A DNA stretch of 64,000 nt, from IMG/VR virus record IMGVR_UViG_2933953506_000002, positions 51,775-115,774 of that record; one strand, 5' to 3'. Source of the DNA: a virus. Its lineage: Duplodnaviria > Caudoviricetes. Positions 1-11,300 of the stretch are shown here, in pieces. The translations under genes and the position numbers were made by a program. Positions within the stretch are counted from its first letter, which is position 1; each line of letters opens with the position of its first letter. The notes beneath the pieces were generated by a model that was not told the DNA's origin, ran no database searches, and saw nothing but the letters and a program-made list of their open reading frames with translations.

Positions 1-2
1 GG

Positions 3-443
3 GGCATTGATCTCAGCGCGCTCCGGTACGTCGCGCCGGGACTGACCGGGCAGATGATCTTTCGCGAGATCCGGTACATGCCGCGCTATCGGCAGCTCTA
101 CCACTGCTTCGAGAAGGCCAAGGCACTGGAGGCTTGGGACTACTGGAACCACGAGGGCATCCCCACGCCCTTCAACGGCATCCTCCCCAAGGGCGAGATC
201 GGGATACATCCCGTCTACCCCCGGTCGGCCGTCAGGGCGTGGACGGCAAAGCAGGACAGCAGAGGCTTCCTGCACCCAGCCCAGGAGATCACCGCGGTTC
301 TCACGCCGCACCTGGCGTCGTGGTGGGCGCCCCCTCGCAACCGCGGACGGGTGATCACCACCGATCCGCAGGTCACAGTGGACCGTAGTGCCCCGTCCTC
401 GGTTCCCGCCCACCGATCATCCATCGAGGGGATCTCCGCGTGA
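3..443 (+). CDS. Hypothetical protein, 5'-truncated by the window edge
   Basis: Frame is open from position 3 (GIDLSALRYV...); its stop overlaps the next start (GTGA at 440-443). Confidence 0.65.
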   Translation, partial: GIDLSALRYVAPGLTGQMIFREIRYMPRYRQLYHCFEKAKALEAWDYWNHEGIPTPFNGILPKGEIGIHPVYPRSAVRAWTAKQDSRGFLHPAQEITAVLTPHLASWWAPPRNRGRVITTDPQVTVDRSAPSSVPAHRSSIEGISA

Positions 444-1606
444 CCACGAAACCCTTGACGATCCTCACGGGCATCAACCGCACGTCCGAGCCTTCGTCCG
501 GCAGCATGATCCTCGTCAGCGACCTCTACCGCGCCATGCCCGACACCCATACGACCTTCCTCGGCCGGACACCGGTCCATCACGTGTGGAAGACCGCGTT
601 CGATCACCTGATCCCCCTCTCCACGACGAAACGACCCCAGGGCCCCGGCTTCGACACCTACGTGGACAAGCTGACGCAAGAGGTAGGGACGCTCATCGAG
701 CAGATCCGACCCGACGCCATCCACGCCCAGAACGTCGGGTTCGCGCTCAGCCTCGCGCTCAGTCGCACCGCCGGCACCATCCCGATCATCTCCATCGCTC
801 ACGGCCCCGAAGTGATGGCGGCCGAGCGCAACACGGCGGAACACGAGGCCCTGCTCGAAGTCGCCGGCGCCAGCGCCGCGATCGTCACCCCGACCTCCGT
901 CCTCGCCGACCGCATCGACCGCCTCACCGGGCGCCGGTTCACCGACCGCATCGTCATCATCCCGTGGGGCATCCGTCTGGCCGATGCCCATGTACGTGAT
1001 CAGCCCTCCGCAGGGACCGGACCCCTGTCTCTGGTACAGGCCGGCCGCCTGGACGACAACAAATCCACGATCACCGCCGTCGAATCCCTCGCATTGACCG
1101 ATCAGCCACACCACTTGACCGTGATCGGCAACGGACCCCTACGCGAGTACCTGGAACAGCGGGCTACCGACCTCGGCCTGCGGGATCGGGTCCATTTTCA
1201 TCCGTTCCTGCCCCGTGCCGAACTCTGGCGCCGCCTGCCGAACTTCGACGCCTGGGTCTTCACAACCACGGGTCTGGAGGCTTTCGGACTCGTCCTCATT
1301 GAGGCTCAAGCCCACGGACTCCCGGTTGTCTACTCCGATCTTCCCGGAGTGAGGGAAATCCTCGGAGGCGCTGGCATCGCCTACACTCCGGGCGACCCGC
1401 TCTCGCTGGCTGCGGCCCTAGACGAGATGGGCCGGGACTCCCACCAACGCCGGGCCCTGAACAAAGCGGCTCTCAATAACGCGCGCCGATACGACATCAC
1501 TACCACCGGCCGCCAGCTTCGCGAACTGACGCTCCGCGTTACCTCCCCACGGGGCAGTCATCGGTGGGGCCCGTGCACCAAGGGCCCCACCGATGTTGGG
1601 GTGTAA
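440..1606 (+). CDS. Glycosyltransferase family 4 (GT-B fold)
   Basis: GRLDDNK and EAFGLVLIEAQAHGLPVV motifs (E-x7-E signature of GT4). Confidence 0.9.
   Translation: MTTKPLTILTGINRTSEPSSGSMILVSDLYRAMPDTHTTFLGRTPVHHVWKTAFDHLIPLSTTKRPQGPGFDTYVDKLTQEVGTLIEQIRPDAIHAQNVGFALSLALSRTAGTIPIISIAHGPEVMAAERNTAEHEALLEVAGASAAIVTPTSVLADRIDRLTGRRFTDRIVIIPWGIRLADAHVRDQPSAGTGPLSLVQAGRLDDNKSTITAVESLALTDQPHHLTVIGNGPLREYLEQRATDLGLRDRVHFHPFLPRAELWRRLPNFDAWVFTTTGLEAFGLVLIEAQAHGLPVVYSDLPGVREILGGAGIAYTPGDPLSLAAALDEMGRDSHQRRALNKAALNNARRYDITTTGRQLRELTLRVTSPRGSHRWGPCTKGPTDVGV
1559..1595. terminator. Perfect 14-bp stem-loop overlapping the glycosyltransferase 3' end
   Basis: CATCGGTGGGGCCC-9 nt loop-GGGCCCCACCGATG. Confidence 0.6.
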
Positions 1607-1629
1607 CAGAACGCGGTCGTTGACGTTCC
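1600..1629 (+). promoter_or_regulatory. ECF-sigma-type promoter, copy 1 (TGTAAC-N16-CGTTCC)
   Basis: GGTGTAACA and the CGT element at identical spacing recur at 62301 (+) and 55928 (-). Confidence 0.65.
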
Positions 1630-1682
1630 GGCTGTGAAGGGGGTTGCGCTTTACGTCAATCCCGCGTTGATCCGGAGGAACG

Positions 1683-2192
1683 GTGACGACCGCTATAGCT
1701 GCCCTTTCGTCCACGACCGGCAGGTCGCACCTGCAGGAGTCTCTGTTCTCGTGGCTCGCCCCGGAGAGCACTCCGCCCCTGCCCGAGACCAAGGCCCTGG
1801 TGGAGTCCGACCCCGAAGGCCCGCCCGAGCCCCCCGCCGAGGAGGAGAAGGCCGACCTCTCCCACGTCTGGGTTGTGGCCGCGGAGATCGAGGTCATCCC
1901 GAAGATTGCGAAGGTGGCCGACTACCGCGGCAGCTTCAAGGCGAGCGAGGGCCAGCGCATCGACGCGCTCGAGGTCTACTGCAAGGGATGCCGACGCCCG
2001 TACGACGAAGTCACCGGCCAGGACTGCTCAGCGAAGATCGACAACCGGCACTTGATCGGCGGCGACCAGAGCACCCGGGCCAAGCGGAAGATCCCCGTCC
2101 CGCCCCGGAACGCCCGGGTCGTGCCCGGCGGCCGTATCCAGCGCCGCGGCATCGAGGCCTACGTGGGAGGGGTGTCGCGGCCCCCGCGCTGA
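1683..2192 (+). CDS. Hypothetical phage protein with CxxC motif
   Basis: GGAGG RBS before the GTG start; YCKGC motif; high-GC3 codon pattern. Confidence 0.75.
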   Translation: MTTAIAALSSTTGRSHLQESLFSWLAPESTPPLPETKALVESDPEGPPEPPAEEEKADLSHVWVVAAEIEVIPKIAKVADYRGSFKASEGQRIDALEVYCKGCRRPYDEVTGQDCSAKIDNRHLIGGDQSTRAKRKIPVPPRNARVVPGGRIQRRGIEAYVGGVSRPPR

Positions 2193-2195
2193 CCA

Positions 2196-2226
2196 CGCGA
2201 CACTAACGCCGCCCGCTGTCCACTGT
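2196..2226 (+). promoter_or_regulatory. Phage late-promoter-like motif CGCGAC-N19-CACTGT
   Basis: One of about 12 intergenic copies; in-frame GTG lies 7 nt downstream. Confidence 0.75.
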
Positions 2227-2233
2227 GCGCGGC

Positions 2234-2587
2234 GTGACTACTCAGCGAACCTCCTGGGCGCTCGCGCGTGAAGCCGCCGGCCTGTTCCTCACCGCGTTCG
2301 GCCTGCTCGGCGTCCTCGTGGCGTTGGGCGCACTCCACTGGGCCGCCGGACTCTCCGCCGCGATGGCCGGTCTCCTCGCCACGGGCCTGTTCATGCGCCC
2401 GAAGCCGACCGCAGCGCCCTGGGCGCACCTTGCCCGTGCCGCCGTCTGCATCCTCGGCTACGGCGGTCTCACCGGCTGCGCGTTCGCCCTCTGCACCCCC
2501 CTGGGCTGGATCGGCGTCGCCCTGGCGGTCGTGCTCCTCGGCCTGTGGCTCACCACCCGTGAGCACGAGGACGAGGGGGCCGCCTGA
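2234..2587 (+). CDS. Small membrane protein, probably leaderless
   Basis: About four hydrophobic segments; TGATG overlap with the portal start. Confidence 0.75.
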   Translation: MTTQRTSWALAREAAGLFLTAFGLLGVLVALGALHWAAGLSAAMAGLLATGLFMRPKPTAAPWAHLARAAVCILGYGGLTGCAFALCTPLGWIGVALAVVLLGLWLTTREHEDEGAA

Positions 2588-5046
2588 TGCCCCGCCAGTT
2601 CCTCCCCACGCTCCGGGGACTCCTCGTTCCGCGCTCCGCTGCTCCCCCACCCGCACCGACCGCTGAGACCAAGGACCTGCTCGCGGGCAACGCGTACGTG
2701 TCGATGACCTACGCCGGCGTCACGAACGTGTGGGGCACGCCCGGCCGAGCGGACGGCTGGGACATGGAACGCGTCATCGTCGAGGGTTACGAGCGCTCCA
2801 TCTGGACCTTCAAGTCCATCGAGGCGATCAGCAAGCACGCCAGCACCCTCCCGATTCAAATCGGCCGAGGCGGAGACGAACGGCGCTTCGAGGAGACCCT
2901 CGACGATCACCCGCTGTTGAAGCTGCTCAACAAGAAGGCCAATCCGCTGGAGAGCGGCGATGTCTTCAAGAAGCGGCTGAGCGCGCAGCTCCTTCTGTCG
3001 AAGAAGGGCGTCTTCATCGAGAAGACCTACAGCCGTGGCGGCACCCTCGTACGTCTCGACCTGCTTCCGCCGGACCGCGTCCAGATCATCCCCGACGACC
3101 GCAACGCCGACTATGTGAAGCACTTTGAGTTCACGGACTACAGCGGCCACGTCCGGGAGCTGCTGCCCAATCACGTCATTTGGATTCGCGATCCCCACCC
3201 CGTCGACCCTTTTTGCGGCGTCACCCCGCTCGAAGCGGCGGGCCTGTCCATCGACCTGGACGTGAAGGCCCGCACCTACAACATCAGTTTTATTGACAAT
3301 GACGGCAGACCGGGCGGAATTGTCGGTATCGACCTGGACGGCGTCGACCAGCGCGAGGTCGACCGCATCCAGAAGCGACTGGCCCCCGGCGCGCACAACG
3401 CCGGCCAGCTCACCCTCGTCGGCACCGGGCCCGGCGGCGTCACCTACGTCGACACCTCCGCCCGCCCCCGCGAGATGGCCTACGAGACGCTGTCCAGTAC
3501 CTCCAAGGGCGAGATCCTGGCCGCGTTCGGCGTCCCAGAGAGCATCGTCGGCAATGCCTCCGAGCGGACCTACGCGAACGCCGACCGCGAGGAATACAAC
3601 TTCTGGGACCACACGGAACTGCCCCACCTCAACCTGATCGCGTCCGGGTTCGACGCGGACCTTGATGACGAGTGGATCGTCCGCTTCGACACCTCCAGTG
3701 TTCAGGCGTTGGAGTTTCCCCGTCGTCAGGCCCGGGAGGAAGCCCGCAAGGAGTGGGAAGCCGGCCTCATCACGATCGACGAGTACCGGGAGATCGCGGG
3801 GCGCCCGGCATTCAACGTCCCACAGTCCCGGGCCCTGTGGATCTCTCCGCAGAAGGCCCCCGTCCCCGCCAACGACCAGGACGCCGCCGCACTGGGCCTC
3901 GGCCCCGACCCGGCCGCGGGTGGAACACCCGGAGCCGCGCCCACCGGCGCCCCGCTCCCGCCGACCGCTCCGGACACCGCGGCCGCCGACGTCGCCGCCG
4001 CCCGCGCTCTGGACGCTGGCCCGAGCGCCGCCGCGGATGTCGCCGCCGCACGGGCGCAGGGCACTCCCCTCGCCCTGCCTGCCGGTTCGACGGCTACCGA
4101 CGCCGTCGCCGCGGCCCGCGCCACCACTACCGACAGCGGCCCCGGCGACGCGGCCGCCGACGTCGACCGCGCCCGCAGCACTCAGAACGCTGCACTCCCC
4201 GGCGACGCCGCCGAGGACGTCGAAGCCGCACGCGCCACGGTCGAGACCAAGGCCCTGCCCGAGGACGACGGATACGAGGTCACTGACGACGACTTCGACG
4301 CTCTGTCTATGGCCGTGGCCACAGCCGTCACCGCGCTCCTCGCACGCCAGGAAGGCGTCATACTCGCCCGGCTCCGCGCCCCGAAAATCCGCAAGTACAC
4401 GAGGTACTGGGAGCCAGAGAACGACGACGACGTCCGGCACGTCGACACCGACCTCGACCAGGACCGTGTGGTCAGCGCCGCCCGCTGGGCCGAGGAGACC
4501 AGCCAATCCCTGACCCCGATCCTGCAGCAGGCGGCCATCGCCACGGCACGCAAGGTCGGCCAGGCCCTCACCAGCACGGACGAGGTCCCGCCGGCCGCGG
4601 CCGCGGCCGCCATTGTTACCGCGGCGTACGCCGGCGAGGCCATGACCACGTTCCTCCGCGAACTGGCCACCGCCTTGTTCGACGCGCAGCACGGCGTACC
4701 GACGATCAGCGACCTCGAGAACACAGTCGCCTTCTTCTACCGCTCCGCGGCCCCCAGCCTGGTGGCACGGCTGGCCGAAGCCTGCGCCGTGGCGACCATC
4801 AACGGCGCCGCAGACGCGGCCGCGGAGCACGCCGGCCCCGATGTCGTCCGGACCTGGATCACCCGCGGAGACACCCGCGTACGGCCCGCTCACAAGGCGC
4901 TCCACGGCACGACGCTGCCCGTCGGCACCCCGTACACCGTCGACGGCGCCAGCCTCCGCTACCCCGGCGACCCCTTCGCCCCCATCGCCCTCACGATCAA
5001 CTGCCGCTGCCGCCTGCACTACGCCACCGACAAGGAGCCCCAGTGA
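2587..5046 (+). CDS. HK97-type portal protein fused to a C-terminal MuF/head-morphogenesis-like domain
   Basis: Portal motifs HPLLKLLNKKANP, CGVTPLEAA, EILAAFGVP; C-terminal WITRGDTRVRPAH...YPGDP...INCRC. Confidence 0.92.
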   Translation: MPRQFLPTLRGLLVPRSAAPPPAPTAETKDLLAGNAYVSMTYAGVTNVWGTPGRADGWDMERVIVEGYERSIWTFKSIEAISKHASTLPIQIGRGGDERRFEETLDDHPLLKLLNKKANPLESGDVFKKRLSAQLLLSKKGVFIEKTYSRGGTLVRLDLLPPDRVQIIPDDRNADYVKHFEFTDYSGHVRELLPNHVIWIRDPHPVDPFCGVTPLEAAGLSIDLDVKARTYNISFIDNDGRPGGIVGIDLDGVDQREVDRIQKRLAPGAHNAGQLTLVGTGPGGVTYVDTSARPREMAYETLSSTSKGEILAAFGVPESIVGNASERTYANADREEYNFWDHTELPHLNLIASGFDADLDDEWIVRFDTSSVQALEFPRRQAREEARKEWEAGLITIDEYREIAGRPAFNVPQSRALWISPQKAPVPANDQDAAALGLGPDPAAGGTPGAAPTGAPLPPTAPDTAAADVAAARALDAGPSAAADVAAARAQGTPLALPAGSTATDAVAAARATTTDSGPGDAAADVDRARSTQNAALPGDAAEDVEAARATVETKALPEDDGYEVTDDDFDALSMAVATAVTALLARQEGVILARLRAPKIRKYTRYWEPENDDDVRHVDTDLDQDRVVSAARWAEETSQSLTPILQQAAIATARKVGQALTSTDEVPPAAAAAAIVTAAYAGEAMTTFLRELATALFDAQHGVPTISDLENTVAFFYRSAAPSLVARLAEACAVATINGAADAAAEHAGPDVVRTWITRGDTRVRPAHKALHGTTLPVGTPYTVDGASLRYPGDPFAPIALTINCRCRLHYATDKEPQ

Positions 5047-5288
5047 GACGCACAGCCAGCTTCATCCGACGGAACCTCAGCGCGTTTCTCTGGGGCGGCT
5101 GGGCGCTGTTCTTCGCCGTCTACGAGACCATCGCGCTGATTACCAAGAAGGACGACGACACGCTGAGCGAGAACACGCGCAAGCTGTTCCGCATTCGCAG
5201 CTCGAAGGCAGGACGCGCCGCGTTCACGGTCATCTTGGGCGGGGGCGCAGCGTGGTTCCTCCTGCACATCCTCACCGAGACGATGTAA
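5043..5288 (+). CDS. Small two-TM membrane protein
   Basis: AGGAG RBS, GTGA overlap with the portal stop, two hydrophobic stretches. Confidence 0.75.
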   Translation: MRRTASFIRRNLSAFLWGGWALFFAVYETIALITKKDDDTLSENTRKLFRIRSSKAGRAAFTVILGGGAAWFLLHILTETM

Positions 5289-5305
5289 GAGCGGGCTCGC
5301 GGGCG

Positions 5306-5336
5306 GCTTGCACAATTGTGCAAGAACGATCTTGGG
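5306..5336 (+). repeat. 31-bp operator-like repeat, copy 1
   Basis: GCTTGCACAATTGTGCAAGAACGATCTTGGG with a perfect 18-bp palindrome; near-identical copies at 22733 and 28749. Confidence 0.85.
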
Positions 5337-5358
5337 TGCGGAGGGTTGTCCCGCAGCG

Positions 5359-5389
5359 CGCGACGCTAACCACCCGCACTGTGCATGGT
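5359..5389 (+). promoter_or_regulatory. Late-promoter-like motif CGCGAC-N19-CATGGT
   Basis: In-frame ATG at 5397 lies 7 nt downstream. Confidence 0.75.
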
Positions 5390-5396
5390 CCGCGCC

Positions 5397-8300
5397 ATGC
5401 TGAATCGCCCCACTGCACAGGCTGAGTCGCAGGACCTGAGTCGCGACCTCGAGGTCAAGGTCACGCGCCGGCCGTGGAACCCTGCCCTGCACCCCCGGGA
5501 CAGCAAGGGCCGCTTCATCGAGACCGGCGGCGTGGTGAGGACCTGGGGCGGCAAGCTCGCGCGCGTCATCCGTGCGCTCCCGCACGACCGCATCCTCGTC
5601 CAGGACCAGACCGGCCCGGACGAGTTCCGCGGCCGCAGGCACACCACCAGTGCCAAGTGGGTCAGCATGGTCGCGCGCCCCGACGGCAGCGCGCCCACCG
5701 ACGACGAAGAGAAGGTCGCCGAAGAGGACGAGCGGCGCACCCAGGACCCGCGCCGCGGCAACGGCGTTGCCCGCGACGACGACGGCGACCCCAACACCCC
5801 GAACGAGCCTCACGACCAGGACGACAAGGGCCGCCCGATCGGCGCCGATGACGGCGACGGCCCGGACGACGATGACGACCAGGACGAGCCCGAGGACGGC
5901 GCCCACCCGGTCAACGTCGATGCCCTGCCGAACCAGCAGCATGCCGCCGGGGCCCGGTACGCCGATACCGCCGCCGTCCGCCGCCACTTCATGCAGGTAG
6001 CCGCCCAGCCCGGCACGAGCACGGACATGGCCACCTTCCTGCGCTCGGTGGCACACGACGACGACCTGCGGACCACACCGTCCGGCCGACTCCTCATCCT
6101 CCTCGACGACCGGCCCGAACACGCCGGCCGCTGGAACCTCACCGCAACCGGCTCCGGACAGCGCGTCGACGCCGCCGGCACCTTTGCCACCGCCGAGGAC
6201 GCCGCCCGATTCGCCGAACACCTCGACAAGACCGCCGTCAACGGTCAGCTCACCAAGTTCCAGCAGCCGTTCGACTTCTCCGACCCACAACTGGACCGGG
6301 CCGCCCACGACTGGCGCTCCACCAAGGGCGAGAACATCCAGGGCGCCATCCAGCGGGCCCGCACGGAGTTCGACGGCACCCCGGCACCCGCGGCCGCGCC
6401 GAAGGCCACCACGGACAGCCCGACCGACGGCAACGGCCAGCGCTTCAGCACGCTCCAGGCCGTTCGCGCCCACTGGCAGCAGCGCCTCGACCAGATCAAC
6501 GAACTCGGCCCGGACAGCCTCCGAGAGCAGCGCGCCGCGCGACACCTGGAAGGCCTGATTGGCAACGACCGGATCAAGCTTGTCGGCCGCGGCCAGTTCG
6601 TCGTCGGCCAGGACCAGAACGGCGAGTGGTACCTGGTCGCCACTGGCAACGGCCTGCCGCTCCGCCGTCGGTGGACCTCCCAGCAGGAAGCGCAGGCATT
6701 CGCCCAGTCCTTCACCGAGAACGCCCCCATGGGCGACGACGGAAAGCCACTGGACCTCTCCGACCCCAACGTCCGCATCGCGACGTGGCGCTCGGACGAC
6801 AACCGGTCGATCAGCGAGGTCATCGACGCGGCCGCCGAGAGGTTCCAGCGCGACGACGCCGCGGAGGGCGGCCCGGAGGCGACCCCGGCGCCGGCCGCCG
6901 CTCCGGAGACGCCCGCCGCCCCGCAGGCACCGGAGACCCCGGAGGAGCCTCAGACGCCCGCACTGCCGGGCAACGCCGAGCCCGTCGAGGGCGTCGAGGG
7001 GTACCACTACGTCAACGACGGCGGCTCAATCACGCTGTACGGCCCGGACGGACAGGTCGCCGCGACCAGCGAGCGCGGCTACCCGCCGAAGGCCAAGATC
7101 GACGGCGTCACCGTGCCCGTGCCGCAGTACCCGAAGCAAGGCGCCGCGGTGATGGCCCGGCTGCACCGCGCCGCCCAGAACCCCGACCAGCGCGACCGGA
7201 TCACCGCGGCGTGGGTGATGAAGCCCGGCAAGGAAGGCAAGCCCGCCAAGCGGGTCATGGTCTTCCGCGGCACCATCAAGGGCGACGAGCGGGACTACAG
7301 CGCCGTCGGCTCCACGCGTGCCATCAAATGGGCCCCGTCCCTGCGGGGGTACTCGACCCAGTCGAACATGACCGAGGCCACCCGGGACGAGCGGATTACC
7401 GAGGTCCTGTCCAAGCTCGCCCGCCAGGGCCGCAACATCCACGTCACCGACGAGACCGCCGCGGGCACCCCCAACGCTCCGGCCAACGCCGTCGACGAGA
7501 CCGAGGCTCTGCGCGAGGCCATCGCCAACGCGGACGACCCCCGCCTGTCGCAGATGAAGCACGAGCGGTGGGGCATGCTCAACAGCACCCGCTCCGAGGC
7601 CAAGCGCAAGCGACTCAACTCCGAGATCGAAATGATCAACGAGGAGTTGAAGCGCCGTCGGCAGGAGCGGGACGAGGCTGCCGCCCGGGACGCCACATCG
7701 CTCAGCGACGACGACATCGCCAACCGCATCCGCGAGTCGCAGGAAGAACGCGGCACGTACGGCTCCCGCAGGGGCCAGGAAGCCAACGACGTTGAGCGGG
7801 CCATCTACAGCGAGCGCCGCCGCCGTTCGCAGGCCCTCGTCGACGATGACACCGATCTGACCACGGCCGCTGAGGACGACCTGGTAAAGGCCCGCGAGAC
7901 GATCGCCGAACGGGTCCGCATGCACCAGGCCGCCGGCGACGACCCCGAGGCCGAGCGCATCATGCGCCAGGCCCTGCAGGCGCGGCACGACGCCGTCGTC
8001 GGCGAGCAGCAGCGCCGCCATGCCCAGCAGATCGCCGACCGGCCGCCGGTCGTCGACCTCACCGACGAGGAACTGTCGCAGGAGTACAACGACTTGCTCC
8101 GGCGCGACTTCCGGAAGGCCCCGCCGGAGGCGCAGCAGGTCCTCGAGGGCCGCATGGAGGACGTCAAGCGGGAGCGCCGCGACCGGGAGAAGCGGGCTAT
8201 CACCGACCGGGACGCCCCCGAGAACCTGAGTGATGAGGACCTGAAGGCGGAGTACACCGAGCTTCGCCGAACGCGCTCCTCGTACACCGGGACCGACGAC

Positions 8301-11300
8301 GTCAAGGCGGCCCGCAAGGAACGCATGGCCGTGCTGGAGGCCGAGCAGAACCGCCGCAGCACTACGCCGGAGGTCGAGCAGCTCGTCGCGCGCGTCGACA
8401 ACCCCGACGACAACGGCATGATCAGCATCGGCGGCGGCAGCGATTACGGCTACGTCGACTACCGGGACCAGACACACGGGCACACGACCCGCGAGATCGG
8501 ATGGACCTGGGGCAAGCACAGTTGGGGGCACGCAGACACCGCCTACCCCTCCCGCGCCGCAGCTCTGGCAGCGATGGTCCAGGCGTACGACAACGACCCC
8601 GACACCCGCGGTGAGCGCACCTGGGGCCGTAAGCGCCCCGTGTTCGTGCCGAAGATGTTCGTCGAGCTCTACCAGAACGAGCGTCTTCGCGACCGGCTCG
8701 CCGATGCCAGCGAGGAGCGGAAGTACCTCTACAGCCTGTTCCGGGACCGGTACGGCTGGGACGACGGCGTGAACCCCCTGGTGCCCAGCAACAAAAAGGG
8801 CCACCACATCAAGGGCCGGAAGCTGTGGGTGCCCGAAGGCCTCCTCGCCGAGCTGAACCGGGTGACGGAGGAGCTTTCCCGGGAGATGTCCGTACGGGCC
8901 ACGGACCGGGACGCGGACAGTTCCGACCGGCAGAAGGCCAAGACCCGGCTCGCGTCCATCAACGTGGCTCTGCACGGCATTGAGGCGCTGCGCGAGTCAG
9001 TCCGCAAGAATGGCGGGGACGACGACCGGAAGGTCATCTCCCGCGAGGAGATCGAGGCACAGCAGGCCGCGCTCCGTGCAGCGCTGGGAGGCGACGATGA
9101 CGAACATGTTCAGTCCGATGGTCCGGGATCACTGGCGGACGTACCGGCCCAAGGAGTGGGCGGCGATGACCGATCCGGAGGCGTTCGTGGAGACGAAGGC
9201 CAGGGAGATCGAGACTCAGATTCTGAAGGCCGAGGAGGCGCTGGAGCAGACGGTTCCGGAGCCGACGGAGTACGAGGAGCAGGTCGGCCGGCACAAGCAG
9301 ATCAGGGCGGACGCAACGGCGATGGTCCTGGCGGATCTTCTGCCGGAGCCGGAGCCCGGGGCGGAGACGGCGCCGGAGCAGACGCCGATGGAGCAGCACC
9401 TGCAGGAGATCAGGGACCTGATGTACGACGCGTAGCGCGGTTCCGGCCGGACCCGGCCGACGCGCCCAAGGGCGCCCGCGCGCGTGCGACGGCCAATGTC
9501 GAGGCCATCCGCGTCCTCAAGAAGGTTGAGGCCGAGAACCGGCCGGCCACCGACGAGGAGCGCCGCATCCTCGCCCGCTGGTCCGGCTGGGGCTCGGTTC
9601 CGATCCTCTTCGCCAACGAGCCGAACGAGAAGGAGCCCCGCTACCAGCAGGGCGGCACCCGGTACGGCAAGTTCGCCAAGGACCACGAGCGGTGGTCCGA
9701 GTACAGCGACATTCGCAGCGAGTTGCAGCGCGTGCTCACGCCTGTGGAGTTCCGGCAGGCATCCCGCGGCGTGCTGTCCATGCACTACACGCCGCAGCCC
9801 ATCGCTGAGGCGATGTGGGAAGGCCTTCGGGCATTCGGCTTCGAGCGCGGCGACGTCCTTGAAGCCGGCTCCGGCGCGGGCACGTTCTTCGGCGTCGCTC
9901 CGGACGGCGCCCGCCTGACCGGCGTCGAACTGGACCCGACCACGGCCCGGATCGCTCAGGCGATCTACCCGCACGCCAACGTTCTCAACGAGTCTTTCGC
10001 GGAGACCGACGCCCGGCCGGGCACCTTTGACGCCGCCATCGGCAACGTGCCCTTCGCTCGGGTCCCGTTCGATGACAAGCGGTACCCGGCAGAGAGCCTT
10101 CACAACGGCTTCGTCACCAAGGAGATCGCCCTCGTCCGGCCCGGCGGTATCACCGCCGTCATCACCTCCCGCCAGACCCTCGACTCCAAGGGCGACAAGG
10201 CCCGCCGCCAGATGGCCAAGTACGGCGACCTGGTCGGCGCCGTCCGCCTGCCCTCCGGCGTCTTCACCGACGCCGGCACCGGGGTCACCACCGACGTCCT
10301 CGTGTTCCGCCGCCGCGAGGACGGCACCGAGCCGGCCGACACGTCATGGCTGGACGCCCCTGAGCGGGACATCAACGGCACCGCGCACCACATCAACGCC
10401 TACTTCGACGAGCACCCCGAGCACATCCTCGGCACGCTCACCACGCAGTCCGGCCCGTACGGGCCCGAGGTGACCGTCAAGGGCGACCCGGCCAAGGCCG
10501 CCGAGCAGCTTCGCGCCGCGCTCGACGACATCGCCACCAAGGCGAAGGCCGACGGCCGCGGCTACGAGCCGCACCCCGACGGCGACAACCGGCCTCCGGT
10601 ACAGCTCCAGGCGGCCCGGGAGAAGCACGCGAACGACTGGACCGGCCGCCTCTACGAGGGCGACGACGGCCAGTTGTACCAGCACGTGAACGGTGCCGAA
10701 CCGGTCCTGCTGGAGCCCGCCGACGGCAACACCGCCCAGCTTCGCGCCCTCATGCAGCTCCGCGACGTCGCCGCCGAACTGCGCGAGCTGGACCGGAAGA
10801 ACGACGAGGAGGAGCGCGCCGAGGCTCTGCGCGCCCAACTCCGCGACTTGCACGCCGCCTACGTCGCCGAGTACGGCCCCCTGTCCAAGCCGGGCCAGCA
10901 CCGCACCAAGGGCGGCCGCCCGACGGCGTGGGGGTACTTCCGGGCCGACCCGGACGCCGCGGCGGTCCTCGCTCTGGAACGGTGGGACGCCAACAAGGGT
11001 GAGCCTGTCCTCTCCCGCGTCTTCACTGAGCGCGCCGCGGCCCGCCGACAGCCGCTCTCCTCGACCAACGACCCGAAGGCGGCCCTGGCCGCGGTCGTCG
11101 CTGCCAAGGGCGAAGTGGACCTCGGCGAGATCGCCCGGCTCCTCGACGTCACCCCGCAGGAGGCGGTGAAGCGCCTCGGCAACGAGGTCTTCACCGACCC
11201 GGAGACCGGCCGCCTCGAACTGGCCAGCGCCTACCTGTCCGGCGCCGTCCGCGACAAGCTCGACGCCGCCCGCAAGGCCGCCGAGCGCGACCCGGCGTAC

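Noticed and set aside
5385-5396. ORF-track start of the giant gene at 5385, and similarly extended starts at 22743, 25790, 28666, 31064, 47678, 55990 and 56604
   Set aside because: Downstream starts have a clear RBS or fit the leaderless promoter geometry better.
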